This document shows, piece by piece, positions 1 through 15,000 of a DNA stretch of 64,000 nt. The DNA lies in assembly GCA_964035545.1 (NCBI GenBank), contig OZ037767.1, positions 11,108,581 through 11,172,580 on the forward strand, in the 5' to 3' direction. A program made the translations under genes and the position numbers. This DNA comes from Bugula neritina (lineage: Eukaryota; Animalia; Bryozoa). The notes beneath the pieces were generated by a model. That model was not told the origin of the DNA, searched no databases, and saw only the letters and a list, made by a program, of their open reading frames with translations. The first letter of the stretch is position 1. Each line of letters begins with the position of its first letter.

Positions 1-21
1 TATAATATATACAGTAACTTA

Positions 22-3000
22 CCTGTACACCAATAGTCCCAAGCTGTACTTTCTCCCTCTGCCTGTCACCAAGGCAACCAGCCATTTGGTTGTTCATGAA
101 GTTGAGTAGGAGGGACATGCTGCTGGGTTTACTCAGCTGACTCAACACGTCAATACACAGCGTGAAGCTGTCATTAAATTCCGCCTCCAAAGATCTCTTC
201 AGAACTGCCGTGACATCTCCGCTCTCTCCCTCTCCATCTAAACTGCTCACTAGATACTGTTTGTACACCATCTATGAAATATAACCACTTATTAGACACC
301 ATCTATGAAACATAACTCTAATCACTATACATAATCTATGAAATATAACTGCTTTTAACAAGTCATTTCAATTTATTGCACTGCATAATCTTCACGTATA
401 ACATGAATGTTTTTGAAATCATATATATTATAGAAGGCTAATATGCGTATAATGTGTATGATATGCGTATAAAATGCATATATGTAATATGCACATAATA
501 TGTGTATAGCATGCTTATAAGATGGGTATAAGATGCCTACAATGTGTATAATTAGTATGTGTATACTGTGTATAATATGCATATAAAATGTTGATATCAT
601 GAGTATAATATGCATATTGTATGCATATAAGATGCATATGGTATTTTTGCCACCTTTCTCCACCATTTTTTGATCTGGTGGCGGAATAAGCATATGGTAT
701 GTGTACATAACAATATATAATATATAAAATGTATAAAATTTGAAGAGAAGTAACTCACTGTTCTGAGATCACCCGGAATGTTCTTTGTAAAGTCGGCTAG
801 TTTCAAGGCAAACTTGTATTCGTGAGCATCGAAAAGGAGGTGGAAGACAGAATTTGGGTCGCTGACGAGTAACTCCGCCACATGCTGCCAGTCAGACGCC
901 AGAATCTTTATCACCTAAAGTTGCAAGATAAACTTAGAACTTCTGTTGTTGAAAAATTCAATTGGAAATAAAACTACGCCAGGCAAAAAGTATTTTACAA
1001 GAGTCAAGGTCAAATTTCCAACAAAATAGCCACGTGAAGTATGACATTCGGAGAAAATATTGTAAACTTATTTGGGACTTGTGTGTTTAATTAGCCAAGA
1101 AATAAAGCTTTGTCATTATAATAAATCAGAATATTAACAAAAGACCGATTTTTTCCTTCATTGCTTCACAACTTCCAACTACAAAGTAGAAGTTACATGA
1201 CGTCACGCCCCAACATTTTACCACGTAACAGATAGAAATATCCTTGTTATTAAAATCCTTGCTTATAAAACGTTTCGTTAAATCAGATTGGCTGCTAGCC
1301 AACCCACTCCTTTACAGTTTTAGAAAAAGCATGCGACTGTTCACGTTTACAACAATTCTGGTTTAAAATTTTTTATGCGATTAATTTCAAGTTGAATGTA
1401 ATAAATAAACAAATTGCAGAGTAAGGAATTCAATTTCAAATATATCCATACAAGTTAATAGAAAACAGGTTTTAAATCTTTTCAAGTCATTGTTTGAAAT
1501 TTATGAAGCTTCACTTTACCACAAGAGATGTTGAGTTTATTGTTCACCTAAAGGAACTTTAATCTACGGTATTTTTTAATCTAAGTTGAACAGATGCAAT
1601 AGCAAAGTCATTACAAGACATAACAAGTTACTGCCTGTGTAATTGAGCTTGCAGCTCTTTACAACAGGAGATCCAAACACTATGCTTGACTAGAAAGTGC
1701 TATATCAAACATATGTGTGTATGAAGCTACATGCATGTCTATTTGTATTGGACGACACCAATAATAAATCTATTTTTGCTAACAAACACAATAGTTTTAG
1801 CTTTTTGCATGCAATTAGTTGTATAATTTTCTTTCCCTGTACAATTGGTTGAGTAATGAATGCCCCACCTTAGCTGAGCAGCCCTCCACAACTACATCCT
1901 GTTTAGCTACGGCGTGGAGCATGATGCGGTGGAAGGCGGACATTCTCTCGATAACGGTTTGGATGTAAGATACAAGACGGCCATCTTGTATGTCCAGCAG
2001 CCGTCTTTCACAAACAGGAAGTATGATGAGACATTTCTCCACAGTCCAGCGTGACTCGTGTACACAGGAAATAGAAATGTGAGTTTGCAGCCTCTCACAG
2101 GTCAGACGCTTTATACAGGCCAGAGATTCATTGGAGACCCTGTAGACACCCACAATACATTATATAGACCTGAGGCTAAGTAAAAAAGAAGTTAGAGAAA
2201 TATCCTTAATTGACATTAAAACAGCAGAATGTAAGTCTGCATACATATTTATGCAGTTTGTAGGCCTATATAGCAGATTTAGAATACAAATTTTTACGCG
2301 CATTCTAGACAAAAAATGAACTTCCAGACTGATGCAGATAATCTACAATTAGTACACTTAGAGTTGTCTTCTATACTGAGTACATATGACACTTTCCATT
2401 AAACAAACACAAGTGCTGTACAGTGATAGTATGGCACCTCTCTGAAGCACACTGTATAAGTGCATAGTCTTGTAATGCTGTCCATTCTATTGGCGGGTTA
2501 ACCACCAGTGCCAGCAGCTGATCTACCATCCTAACAACAACTCCAAACTTGTCGGCCGTGCACAGGGCATCCAGGCAGCGCCTAGCAGCATGTTCTAGAT
2601 ATTGGCGACTCCTATGTGTGAGAATTGCTGACTTAATGTGATGAGGAATACTTGACTTGGACATCTGTTCAACAAAGAATACATAACGATAGGAAATCTC
2701 AACAAATTGAGAGAACAGGAAATTAAATGAACTGCTAATGTCAATAAAGGAGAATATTGCAATTTAATCCATTTCTGCAAACTATAATTAATTTGGTTTT
2801 AAAAATCAACTTCCAATTTCCAAAATTTAGAAATTATATTTTAAAATCATGTTAGTTTCTAGAGAAATTATAACCCTATTCAGAAATAGTTACTTTCAGT
2901 AAATTTTATTTTTTCCAAATGTCACAGGAATTGTCTACTTTTTGGAACAGTTTTTATAAGAGCCCCCAAAACAACAAATCTTAATAGTGTTACTTTGCAA

Positions 3001-6000
3001 CATAGAAGCTGAGAAAATTATCAACGATTTTTGGTGAAATAGGTAACGTAATCTAAAACTACGTTTTGCGCTAAAAATTCGGCAAAAAACAACTTGTTCA
3101 TAATTTAAAGTAAAATATAGTAATATAAATATTTTAAATCATGCATGCATGTGTTTTCAGGGTGGTGTAACCTGCCACCGTGAAAACACCTCTTTTGATG
3201 TTATTAAACATCTTTCGAGTCTCTAATTTTAAGCAATGCAAACTAATACAACTATTTTAAAAAGATGCTTAGGCTATAACCCTGTCTCCTCATCTCCAAA
3301 ACACTCTATTTTAGTTTTTGCAATGAAGTAACACTCTTCGATTTACCTGATCAATGGATGTGATCTCTTCATGAGTACACTCACACAAAGGGAGGATATA
3401 CTCCTCTAGATATCTGTGCAGACTAACGTGCTGTTCTCGGAGAGTTCTGCTATCAAAATGCTGCTCCGGGTGAGAGTGAAGTTTGATATCCTCGTATATG
3501 ATGTCGAGCAGCATGGCGACTATAGGTGACTTCTCAGTCAAATACTACCAAACAAGACACAATACCAGGGTAAGAATGTGAGAATACACACAAAGAGCAA
3601 TGACACGCAAACACACATGCATTTATATTTCTCTGCAAGTTCATTTATAATTTCTCATCGTGAAATGTAAGTTTAAAAAAGTTATTATAAATATAATACC
3701 TTTACCATTTGTAACATTATTAATGAATAAATATTGCAAGGTGCTTCAACAAGAATTAATGCTATATGTATTATATATGTATGTATATGAAGAGAGTCAG
3801 GTGCACCACCATTTCTCAGTTGATAAGGCAACCATCATCAGTGCACTAACCCTATGCTATACACAGTGGCACCATCTACATAAGCAATGGGCATACTTTC
3901 ACCGCCATGTCTTGATTGGGTGGCAGAAACCACTCATGTGAGTTTAGAAGCGCTATCCCTGTGAGAACCCCTGATGGAAAGGTTTTTGTTAAGCAAGCGA
4001 AGGACTTACTTTTTATTTTGGTAAAGGACTGTCCTTTCTAAAACCTTCAATGGCCTTTACTTGGATTTAAACCACTAACCTTGTGTTTACCAAACCAGTG
4101 CTCTAACCACTAGACCATGGGCGCTTCTTGAGTATTGGGCATACTATACCACACTAAACTGCATCCCAGCCTTTACCCACCTGTACCACCACTCTCCAGC
4201 CCTCTACCCCCCCTCCCCCCGCACTGCCCATCCCAGCCCACCACCCACCTGTACTATCTCACCCCAGCCTTCTACCCACCTGTACTACCCAATCCCAGCC
4301 TGCCACCCACCTGCACTACCCCATCCTAGCCCTCTACCCACCTGCACTGCCCCATCCCAGCCCACCACCCACCTGCACTGCTACATCAGATATCTTGAAC
4401 TTGGCCTGCTGTAACACAGTGTCTGTTCTGGTTAGCTTGTAGCTAGACTGGAAAGGATGAAGTCCCTCGTCTTCGTCCTCAGACTCCACTTCACACGTGG
4501 ATATCCTGAGAAGGGCAGAGCTCGTGTCCAGAGCAAAGCCCAGAGTGCAGTTGGTGGAGAGTACAGAGACTGAGGCTACACCGTCTACGGAGTCGTCGCT
4601 CTCGCTATCTGTCTCTACAACAGCGCGAGTGTACAATACTTGAAACGTCATAGGCTTAGATACTCAAAACATCATGTAAAAGTTACTCATTAGGGTACAC
4701 CTCTGCTATCAATAACAGGCATTGGCATAACATAAATTATATTAGAATTATAATATAATGAACACTTGTATTACCTGAAGTAGTATTAGAGTTATTATCA
4801 AGTGGTTTTTCAAGTCTGTCCATGATCAACTTCATTTCACTCCAACGTTTTGGTTGCTGATACCACAGTATCCATAGTAACAAATCAGCATGTTTGTAAT
4901 TAGGCAGAGGGTCAGACTATTCATAGAATAAAATCAAGATACAATAATATAATATATTCAAGATATAGTAATATAATATATTCAAGACATAGTAATATAA
5001 TATATTCAAGACATAGTAACATAATATATTCAAGACACTGGTTAGGTGAAGGAATCAAATGATGCATACGTTAAAATTCTCTAAAAATAGAGACGAGCTG
5101 AAAGAAAAACTTCAGAATCTTAACCAGACATGCATTACATGTGGCAGAATGTAGTTGAGTATTTGCTAGTAAGATTATACCACACACAGCACATATCTAC
5201 ATATCTTACCTCTACAACCAGTTCCGATTTCATTTTCACCAACAATTCTGGAATGCTTATCTAGAATATGCCAAAAGGAACATATGATACTAAGCAACCA
5301 ATTCGAATGTTGAACAACACAAAAGGATAACAGATTTGATTCTGATATATGATATATAATGTCCGGGAAAACACATTTCTAGTACATTAGACATGTTTCC
5401 GGCTGTTTTAAAGCTTTTCAAATAAAATTCCCTTTAAAACTTCATAGAGGTATACTGAGACACCTAAAAAGTTTGCAGATGTTTTAGAGCATTTCCAGCA
5501 GACACTTGAAAACACCCTCTAATTGCATTTAAGGATGTTTCTGTACACATGTGTATATAACCAGCAAAGTACCTGGTGATTTGTAGGGGAGATAACAACA
5601 GCATGGCGCATGTACAGAGTCATGCTGTTGGTTACATCATCCTCTATAGTGTTCGGACGGACACATTTGACAGGAAGTAAGTTTATGGAGCCGTCGTACA
5701 GGAGAAAGGAGGTGAGAGGTTTATACTCTGGGGCGAAGCGATACCAAGGGTGTTCCATGCAAAGGTCTGCAGTCAGTAAAGAAGAGTATAAAAGGTATTG
5801 TTGCAAGTAAGTAGAAATTGTTTGGAGATACCTAAACAACTTATTAGAGTCGTCACTAGACTGGTTTAAGTAAAAAAACATGTTAAGAATTCCCGTATAC
5901 AATCAACCCTTTAGAAAATTTCAATACTATGAGCTAAGCAAGCTTCACATTATCTAATAATCCACAAATGTATATTAAAATGTTCTATCAACAATAAATC

Positions 6001-9000
6001 ATAAGTATAGGAAAAACTCATGCATATATGAACGGATTCTTAAAATGAAATTGAAGGCATTAAATAACTAAAATAAAATGTGACTCCAACTTGAAACAAG
6101 CACGGAAATCTCAATTAGAAAAGTCATAACAAAGCATGCATCACACAAACTTATAAAAATAAGCATTAGCAATAGTACTAGTTGTGGTAGTAACAGTGGT
6201 AGTAACAGTAATAGTAGAAGTAGAATAAGTAATGGCATTCAGCAAGTATAACATGCTTAGTAATAGTTAATGAAAATATAGATTAGTAATACAAATTGTA
6301 AAGTTTAGCATTTGTCTGCAATCGCAGAAACTAAGTGTCTAGATAGCATATAGAAAGAAATGCACAGCGTCTTGATTTGCCAGGCAATTTACATAACAAT
6401 TAAGTGTAGTTATGGGAACATGCTCCAGTGAAAGTGCAATCCATGATTGTGATAACAGTAATCGTAGGTATTGCTACAATAGTCAGCAGTACTGCATTGT
6501 AACAGTAGTCGTAGTTGTGGTAGTAGTTATAGTGGTGGTAGTAGTAGTAATAGTAGCAGTAGTAGTAGTAATAGTAGCAGTAGTAATAGTAGTAGTAATG
6601 GTACTAATAGTACATTGACAATAATGTGGTGCTTCACAAAAATAACTAGGGTTATGGCCATAACAAAAGTATTATCTGTTTGTTCACACAGCAATAATAA
6701 AACATACTCTACCTGACGATACACTTTTCACTATACAACAAAAAATACATACTCAGTAAGTATTGGATGCATGTCACTCGTGCAGCCACAGTGACATAGC
6801 TACACCAGTTCACTGACAGACAGTATATAAAGTAAGCTACAACTACCACATAAACTCAACAGGAAACAGGAATAGATGTGTACATTACCTAGCTGCTGTT
6901 GTCTGCATGTAGCCCTCAGAACAAACTGCTGCAGTTCATAAATACTGCATACACCGAGTTGGCCGACCAGATAGCTGTTTCTCAACTGGAAGGCGAGCAC
7001 GTTGGACACCCCTACAACTTTCTCAGAGAAATGAGATCCACAGCTAAGAGCTAGCCTCTCTATCAGCCCGTGTAGGCTGATTAGATTGTGCAGATTCACA
7101 AAGAAAGCCCACTTCTCCTCATTGCTGTTTAGAAGGTCAAGGTCAACTTTTTGTAGCATACTGGTGCGGGAACAGAACTGAAGAAATGACTCGCTGACCT
7201 TGATTTCTTGAGCGATTTCTTCAGTAAGCAGCTTAGCTCGGTTTGCCCGAAGTGCATCTAAACATCAAATAAGCATAGAAAGTTACTAACAGCAACTCGC
7301 AACAACTTGTGACAACTAAGTAACGTGTTAGAATTGATAAACTTTGCCACTACACTGAACCTAGATGATTTTTATGGCCATGTGGTGGTTTTATTATTTT
7401 GTCAAGATATACCGATAAAATTCATACAGAAAAGTTCCCTTTGAAACTTACCTTCGACCACCAAGAGCAGTGTGTCTAGCAGGTCTGTGACGAGTTCCAT
7501 AGGATTCTTATGTGAGTCAGAGGTGCATTGTGAGTCAACACTGTTATTGAGAACTACTCTATACCCGTGCCTCTGCCCCTCATTGGCCTCAGATCTCTCA
7601 TCTTCTGACAGAACATTATAAGTGGATTATAATTTAGTAGAACGTAATTGAAGAAAGCCAAGTATAAACATACCATTCTGCTTTACAAAAACTCATTAAA
7701 CTCATGACCGCTTCCACCAGTGCTCATAAAATACTCAGATGGCCAATGAAGTGCCCGGAAGACTGAAACTTTCTTTATACAAATTACTGCTGCACTAAAA
7801 ATATTCCTACATTTGAGAAACTTAAATGATGAGTTTATCATAATATTAGAGATGAGATGAGTGACTGGATAAGGCCAACAGCAAATCTAACCGAATTTAG
7901 TTGAAGACACATTTAGTACAAAAGACATACCAGCTGTAGATGGTTCCGGAAGAGGTAAGGGTTTACATGGTACAGGAGCACAACAGCTCCTTACTATCAC
8001 ATGTGTTAGATCCAATTTTACTTCCTTAGCAACAGTCTCCAACCTGTAAAAAGACGTTGATTAGCAAAGAGCAAATAAATCTACTTGCGCTCATGGTGCA
8101 ATTTTTGGCTCCAGACATGCTGATAACATGGTTTCTGAAGCAGTACAGAAACAGATGTCTTCTCCGACATCAACCTTGTGGAGCTTCAACTGCACACCTA
8201 ACACACCGTGTGACTTTGTTACGGAAACAGCCATGCTTATGGCCAACAAGAAGCCGGCATAAAAAGCTATTATGATAGATACAACATTATGTATGGAGTA
8301 GATCTAGGCTGGGTTACTCAAAGCCATTGCCTAAGATGAGGGAATAATTAGTTATGCTTGGAAAAGAGCCTCAGAGTAGTACTGGAAAGAGTTGTCTACC
8401 ATTAGACTAACAAGATCTCTAAACGCATCGTATACCTGAGGATAGAATGATTTAATTATATCAGAGAAAATACATACTTGGAAGGCTCGACTTGGTTGTC
8501 AAACATAAGTCTGCCAGCAATCATGGTGGGCCCCTCGTCAAGGATGGAGAGATGAGCAAAAGACGAGTCTTCTGTAAATGTGATTCATCAGAGATATGCT
8601 TGTCATTTCATAAATAATATCCAATCAATAATCATATACAAAACTTTGTCTTATAGTTTTATAGTCAACCTAAATGCACAGAGTATAACCTGGATAGTTG
8701 AAGGAGAGTTTAGACTTTCACACAGCTCTGCTCAATACATAAATCAAAAATCCCAACTTACTAAATGCATGGACATGTGTGAACAGCCCCAAAAATACAA
8801 CAGAGTGTCCCAGCACTTTGGCTAAAATTTGAGCACAGTTTCAGTATATGATTTAGAAAAACTAAAATTTCTCTTATCCCATGCAAAGATTTTCTGGTCA
8901 ACACTGATGAATGAAGATATAGTTACAAACCAAATACAAAACTTTACCTGCAGGAGGTGAACCAGTGTTTTTGATGATAGTCTGGTGTAGCAGTTCCAAT

Positions 9001-12000
9001 TGCTTTTGAAGGTCAGACAGGTAATTTCTACAAATATTCTCATGAAATCAAAATACATTTGCTCTTTTCAGCCTGACACTACAGCCTTGTGAGTAGTGAG
9101 TACTAGTGACTAGTGAGTAGCACTACAGACTAGTAGTGAGTAGCAGTGAGTACTAAAGAGTAGTGAGTACTAGTAACTAATGAGTACTAGAGTCTAGTGA
9201 GTACTAGTGATTAGTGAGTACTAGTGAGTAGCACTACAGACTAGTAGTAAGTAGCAGTGAGTACTAGAGAGTAGTGAGTACTAGTAACTAGTGAGTACTA
9301 GTAACTAGTGAGTATTAGTGACTAGTGAATACTAGTGACTAGTGAGTACTAGAGAGTAGTGAGTACTAGTGAGTAGTACTACAGAATATTGACTCAGTTA
9401 CAAGTGTATGACTAACATACCTATTATCTGCTGAGAAATGCATATCCAGTGTTTCTATGAGTGACCCGATAGAAAGTGACACATCAGAAACAAGTTTGGA
9501 GTCTGACTTCCAGGTTGAGAGTTGTGTTTCCATAGCATGAACATGAGAGCACACGGCAATCAGAGGGTTTATCTACGCAAAAACTAAGTACAGTAATAAG
9601 CCATAATATTTATAAATGTGGAAGTAACTTTAAACATGTTATGATAATTATAATAAGCAAACTGACACATTAATCCGGTCATACTACTGGATGATATAGC
9701 TTCATGAAATAATAAATTCAGGACATTTGAATTAAAACATAGATAGAATTACTAATAAAATTAAAGTAATTTCACTTGAATAGACCAAGCAATGGATATC
9801 AAATTAAAATTAGCGCCATATTTACGGCAGCAACTGGTCCAAAAAGCAGCAGCTGTGCTATCAAGTTTACTAGTAGTCTAAATTTTAATAATTGCAGTTC
9901 ATTATCAAAATGTATTCACACAGGTTAAACAACACCATTGGCCAATATAGGGATGCAATCTACAAACTCCCTTTAGAATTTCTAAACTATCAATGACGAC
10001 ATTCAACCGGCAATGTTACAGGATTCACCTGGTTTTCTAGTTTCAAAGAGTCCATACTGAGAAAGTCAGCCAGGAGACAACTCCTAACAGACAGACTGCC
10101 ACCGGCTCCTAGCAATAGCTGTCTCATCTTTGATTGGTTGGTGGAGAAAGCCAGCTCATTTACATCATTACACTGCTTAAGCCAACTTTGCAGCCCTAAA
10201 ATTTCAGATCAACATGTACTGCTGTGTGACTACATGTAAAACTACTTATAATTCTCATCAAGTAAAAATTTGTACGATAGAAATGTTTCAAGGCAAAAAC
10301 AATGCTGACAATGAGATTTATCCACCCATTGGAGCTGCCACGCTCTACCTGTAGTTGCAGACTTTCGGCCATGATGTGAGAGACTGAGAGTCTTCATTGC
10401 AGCAGACAGGAGTCTTTGTGTGAGTCTGGGGTCAGAAGTGGCAGCACAAGCCAAGTCTATCAACACCATCGCAAGTGGCACACCTGAACTAGCAGATGTA
10501 GATCCCAGGAACTTGACAACCTAAATGAGTAGCCTAACGGTTTAGTCAATATGTGAGCACGTGATTCAGTGTGACTGTGAGTGAGTCAGCATGACTGTGA
10601 GTGATTTAGTTTGACTGTGGGTGAGTCAGTGTGACTGTGAGTGACTCAGTGTGACTGTGGGTGAGTCAGTGTGACGGTGAGTGAGTTAGTGTGACTGTGT
10701 ATAACAGACAGATTGGTAAACAGACAGGGTTTAGAGAAGTGCAGAAACTAGACAATGGAATAAATAGTCAACATAAAATAGTAAACAATAAGATATTGAT
10801 TAACTGTTGAGTTCTGAATAGAATTCATTTCTAAAGTTATGTAATAATTCATCATAAAACTTGAAGTAAATAGATATCTAACCTGAGTGTCACTAAGATT
10901 AAGGGAGGTAGGAAGGGTGGCTGCGCGTGCAACCTGATGCGCTTTGTTGAACTCATCCATGGCACTAAGACTATTGGCGGCAGCTTGTCTGATGAAGCTG
11001 AGGTCGACAACAGGCAGGTTGCTGGCAGCAGACGGCTGACTCATCTTTTCCTTCTCAGTCAGCAGCCGAACCAGTTTCCCGTATGATTGGTCGAATGCAA
11101 ACGTCTTCCCTTCATCTTTCTCTTCGAGGTTGTAGAGCTACAAATAGAATCGGGAATAACCTTTCCATAGTGCAAAGCAGAGCGGAAAAACTCAACACAT
11201 TATGTGTATTGATCCCTAATATTAGCGAGTGACAAATAAAATACCATCAATAGAGATAAAAAGATAAATAAAAATAAATAGACCCCATCAGCTTCTTTTT
11301 GCACACTTTTGTTTGTAGATGGAAGAGTCGAGAAGTTACCTTGAGAACTTGATTAGCCTGAATGTAGCTCTGTCTCTTGATGCACATGTTAAACAGAGAG
11401 GTGGGGGTGGACAGCATTCTACACACAACGCCCTGCTTAGTGGGAATTATTTTGGTACTTTGTCTATTCTTTCTTTTCCTATACCTAGAAATTCACTTTG
11501 CACTTCAGCACTCAGTTTTAGTGCCACAAGTCAATTCAACATTTTAACTGTACGAACACATTGGAAATCAATTGATATGAAATGATAATGAAATGCGACA
11601 AAATGTTTTCCATTCTTACAGCATGCTGACTACAAATAATGTGTCAACTTAAAATGGTGTTGAATGAACTAAGCCAATCAGTGACTAAAGGAAACTTGCT
11701 CATCCCTAACCGTTTATTTTTGGCAGTATTGCCGGTGGAGACAGGGCCACTGCTGTAGGCGAGCATATCGTTACTGAGCTCTGAGTCAGCACTGATCTCT
11801 CCTAGTCTCAGCGAGTTGTTAGCTGAACACTTCCTTGATGATTCGTATAGACTTCTTTCATATACGGCTACATGTATTACAACAGGAGTATAATGCATGT
11901 AATTATAAATGGGGAGTAAAACAACTCATCTTACAAACTGCTACAACTAGTTCAACCATGTCAAGACTGTAGAGCATAATAATGGTGTTGCACCACATTT

Positions 12001-15000
12001 CCATGTAAATTATCACCACACTTTGCATCAGAAAACCCACTCTGTAGTGGGAAGCCACTAGAGTGAGAGACAATAATGTAAGAAGTTGAATAAATATGAT
12101 AGACCTAGGTCCTAGAATATTAATCAGGTTGTTTCAGAGTGGCTCTATATTGGTGGATGATGAAGTTGATGTACAATCTAATACTCAATAAGATAACAGA
12201 GATAGAGTTACTGAAAGCTTTCGGTAAAATAACTGAACGTACTCTCTCTACTACTCAACATAGTAACAAGTTCTGCCTCATAAAATATATGTTATACAAT
12301 TCATCATAACCGTATGGCTAAATAGTTTAAACCATGTTACATATATATGTAATAGGCTACAATATCCATGAGGCATGACTCCACGAGAAACATATTTGAG
12401 TTAATTTTAATACAGAACTTAGCAAGTGGTAAGTTCAATTCAACTGATGAAAACATCGATAGAGTATAGACCAATAAGCATGAGCAATAAATCGAATGAA
12501 CAAAGTTTTCTTCATCAAGATTTGATAACAACCTACTCAAATTTTACCTGAGAAGTGAATAACTATTAGATGGCCCAGTTTTAAAGCTTACTAGTGTATA
12601 TCTGGCACTAACAATATTCAGACATCATAAGCAAAGATGTAGTCTCACCATAGCCTTCATCATCAAGTGTATGATCGAGACTGAGGGAGTTTCTCCCCAC
12701 CGCCCCAAACTGTCTGTCTATCGTATCCTGCACAATGAGCTGATACCTCCAGGATGCCTCACTTACTCTCTGTTGCAGCTGAGATGACCTTGACATAAAG
12801 TTACGCTCATTAACAGAGCTGGCTGTCACTTGCACCAACGCCTTCTCTTTTCTACTCAACTCCTACAGCACAGCCATTAGATCAGAAAATTGGTGTTACT
12901 ATTTTCATGGGGAACTAATATGAGGCTAGCTCCAGTTTTAGTTTTCATTCAGTCAAATTATCAGAGGTCAGCTCTCTCATAGCTAAATATTATACAGAAA
13001 TCACACATTGACTGTAACCTGTGTGTAGGCAGGACAACTCTCAAACTGTATTATTAATATAATTGATCATATTTGACAATTGGCAAATACCCGAATGCTT
13101 TAATAGACACTCTATGTATATTTTACTTACAGTGTAGAAATAGTGGCATGCATTACACTATATTATACAACCAGTTCATATTCAGCTGCTATGTTATATG
13201 ATCAGCAGACAGTAAACTGTTATATTACATTATATTATATAACTACCTTGTTATTTGATATCTCAAAGTTCTTAGCAGTAAGATCAGTAAGAGCTCCCTT
13301 TATCAAACTCAGTATGTCTCTCACAGCAAACTCATTAGCCAAGAATCCAAAAGCTATAGAAGTCGTTGAGGAGGCGGGCACTGATTCCAACCCATTACCA
13401 TAATTAGTTTCATAGGCTATGGTCTTTCCGCTATCACCAGTTGTGGACTAAAACACCAGATAAACTCTATATAAGACTGCAACTGAAGGACAAGGAAGGC
13501 ACCCATAAATGATATGCTAAAACACGGTATATACTAAAGATAGGAATTGGTAAATATTCAGGTTTCAGCTATTGCAGTATCTCATTTGTTAGCTGGAAAT
13601 ATCTATATATAAACTCGTCATTTGACCCCTTTACATAACTATGCGGGCCAAAGCTAAATAAGGGGTGTATTTACCTCTCATCGCATGTATTTATATTCAA
13701 ACAGCTTTTCAGAAAACCATGGTCAATAAGCCACCATACTATATATGACACTCATCTAGCTTGTTTGCTAGTAGAAATTGTACTAACAGAATAAATGTTT
13801 CTAAGTTAGGTGCCTGCATTTCATTTCCCCCCTGAATGTGGGAATAATGTTATGCAATAAGCTGTCTTACATTGGTAGCACCACTCTGTGGGTCCAGCAC
13901 TTCCCTGGCACTATAATACATCTCACTGCCGCTGGTTACTTCTACTCCACTCTTTTCTCCGTCCATTTCACCAATTCCCTGTTATAAGGGAAAACGATTG
14001 GCTATAGCCACATCACACAATGAAATCAGGAAAACAAATAACCAATAGAAAACCAGCTACCCTATTTGACCAATTGTAAAAAATACCGAGAAATGCAAAA
14101 CATTGATCTTAGAGTATCCAAAATACAAAAGATTTTCTAACGAAAAATGTAAACATAAGTAACACTTGAAATGAAGGAATTGGAGATTACCAAATAAGCA
14201 TTGATGACATCTTGGCTGCCTCGTATATCTGACCCTGAAGCAAAGAGAGCCAGGAACAAATTCTCGATTACTTCCAGTTTCAAAGTCAAGGGACGGAGCT
14301 GAGATAGCAGAGACTTGGCCTGATCGAGTAGGGGCAGAGCTTCCTCCTTGTACCTGACGCAACAGTAACACATGGTTTACATTCAGCTTCCAGGTGTGAA
14401 AATAGCGCTCTTACAGTAGTACATTGAGCTGTATTGTAACATAAAACAGTTTTGTGTTCCTGAAATGAAAAGTGTTGATAATGATTTCAACTAAGAGCTT
14501 ACCTTGCACCAGAAAACGTTAAAACTTCACACACAAAAACTTCTATATTCAAAGTGAGGTTTCAATGAATACAAACCTAAGCAACATGGCAGGTTCGTTA
14601 GAATCATCGCTAATGATGCGAAACACCTCCATCACACAGTTGATAATAAAGAAGCCATTGTATATACTGATATCTCTCTGTTGTTCCACTGAGAGGGTAG
14701 CTCTATCAGATCTCTCATCATCTGTTTGCTTGAGCAGGGCTTTAACACAACATAATTAGGAGTAGAGCACATGAATGGCTGAAACAGCATAAGCAATTCA
14801 AAGGGGGGTGTAATATATTACTAGTAGAGAAGTATACAAAATATACCATTCACAGAACTACCTAAAATAACTCTAGTTTGTCACCTATCATAAACTAGCT
14901 GCAGATTGCTGTTTAACATAACTGTAGATATTTGTATCTTGTTATCTAATAGAGCTGCAGATTGCTATTTAACATAACTGTAAATATTTGTATCTTGTTA

